A DNA stretch of 64,000 nt from Dehalococcoidia bacterium (GTDB taxonomy: Bacteria; Chloroflexota; Dehalococcoidia; Plut-88900). The notes under the pieces are model-generated. The model saw nothing but the letters and a program-made list of their open reading frames with translations. It had not been told where the DNA came from and did no database searches. The stretch covers positions 96,001 through 160,000 of the forward strand of contig CBDBLV010000005.1 of NCBI GenBank assembly GCA_965207225.1, read 5' to 3'. Positions within the stretch are counted from its first letter, which is position 1. The number at the start of each line of letters is the position of its first letter. Below, one piece after another: positions 63,226 through 64,000 of this stretch. A program made the translations under genes and the position numbers.

Positions 63226-63717
63226 CGCGGCACCTCCTTATCAAGTGCTGCAATGGTCTAAGCTGGGGCGCTCAGGGTGGCTCAAAGACCCTGGTTATCT
63301 GGCTCAATGTTAGTGGGTATTGTGGCTCAATGTTCCTGGGTATTGACACGGCTGACACGCCACCCACGAAACTCAATCTCCTGTACAGCCCCATTACTTC
63401 CAAAGGCAGTCCGTTTTCAGACGACCTCGGAGGGTGCATCACGAGCGATGCACGCTATGGATAGTATCCAGCCATTTTTCGCTTGTTCACACTCCCCTGC
63501 GTGCACTGCTGTCCGGTGAACCGTGCTCCAGCGCTTATCTTTGCCCGGCTTCCACACCAGCTCTTTCCGGCGGGCCATGAGTCTCATGAGGTACATAATC
63601 CCCACGTCCCAGCTGTCCTCGATGCCGTGTTCGGTCGTCTTGATTGCCCTCGGTTCCTCACCGGAAACTCGTTCCAGACCCTGAGCCCGTCAAGTCCGTG
63701 TTTGTCGTGACCTCTCG

Positions 63718-63985
63718 CCCGGCGTAACGCACCCCCACCTCAAGCGCGCTCTTTGGCCGCCTATGTCATCGGACCGTCGATTTTCGCCCGTGCACACACC
63801 CCCACCTCAAGCCTCTTTCTGCCATTGCCGACCGAACTCCGCCCTTTCAACAAATTGGTCACCGTTCACCTCCTGTAGAGGGGGATTTACCCCTGTTTCA
63901 GCTACGAAACCCCGACTCAGACCGCTTCGTAACCAGACTCCATTTCCTGTACACCCCCAATACTGCACGAAACGGGCCTCCGATA
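63718..63985 (-). repeat. Second full copy of the island non-coding repeat
   Basis: Reverse complement aligns colinearly with 41170-41433. Confidence 0.85.
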
Positions 63986-64000
63986 AGTGGGTATGGAAGG

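Larger units (their letters stand above)
60759..63348 (-). mobile_element. IS21-family insertion sequence, 2590 bp
   Basis: TG...CA ends, repeated TACCCA.....TTGAGCCA motifs at both ends, 5-bp TSD CGGCT (60754-60758, 63349-63353). Confidence 0.93.
34505..64000. mobile_element. tRNA-Val-integrated genomic island with defence cargo (right end not in window)
   Basis: Serine recombinase abutting and overlapping the tRNA 3' end; relaxase-like, TA, RM and IS content; no core genes. Confidence 0.8.

Noticed and set aside
34505-64000. Prophage or complete ICE; attR
   Set aside because: No structural phage or T4SS genes, and no repeat of the tRNA-Val 3' end found in the window.

Overview
High-GC bacterial chromosome segment, most likely Chloroflexota/Dehalococcoidia (SAR202-like; inferred from dnaA-obg-nadD-gyrB synteny, the LLM/enoyl-CoA hydratase/FAD-oxidoreductase paralogs and the integrase type). 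About 1-34 kb is core genome: recX, recA, nadE, hisS, metG, a polyprenyl synthetase, rmuC, fmt, dnaA, obg, nadD, gyrB and four tRNAs. From 34.5 kb to the window end lies a genomic island inserted at tRNA-Val(TAC). It carries a large serine recombinase whose ORF reads through the att site, two internally duplicated replication-relaxation-like proteins, three VapBC pairs, a Dcm-GHKL-Z1-DUF4420 module, an EEP + TPR-HEPN pair, a type IIG restriction-modification gene split by ISAs1, and an IS21. The most striking unexplained signal is a ~1 kb non-coding element present in two diverged copies, one upstream of recA and one upstream of gyrB. Each copy has a near-consensus sigma70 promoter, a ~650-nt highly structured region with compensatory base changes and a predicted pseudoknot, and 11-bp-phased TTGATTGAA repeats. 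It is a candidate undescribed large ncRNA or RNA-based element. All calls come from reading the sequence by eye; no database searches were run.
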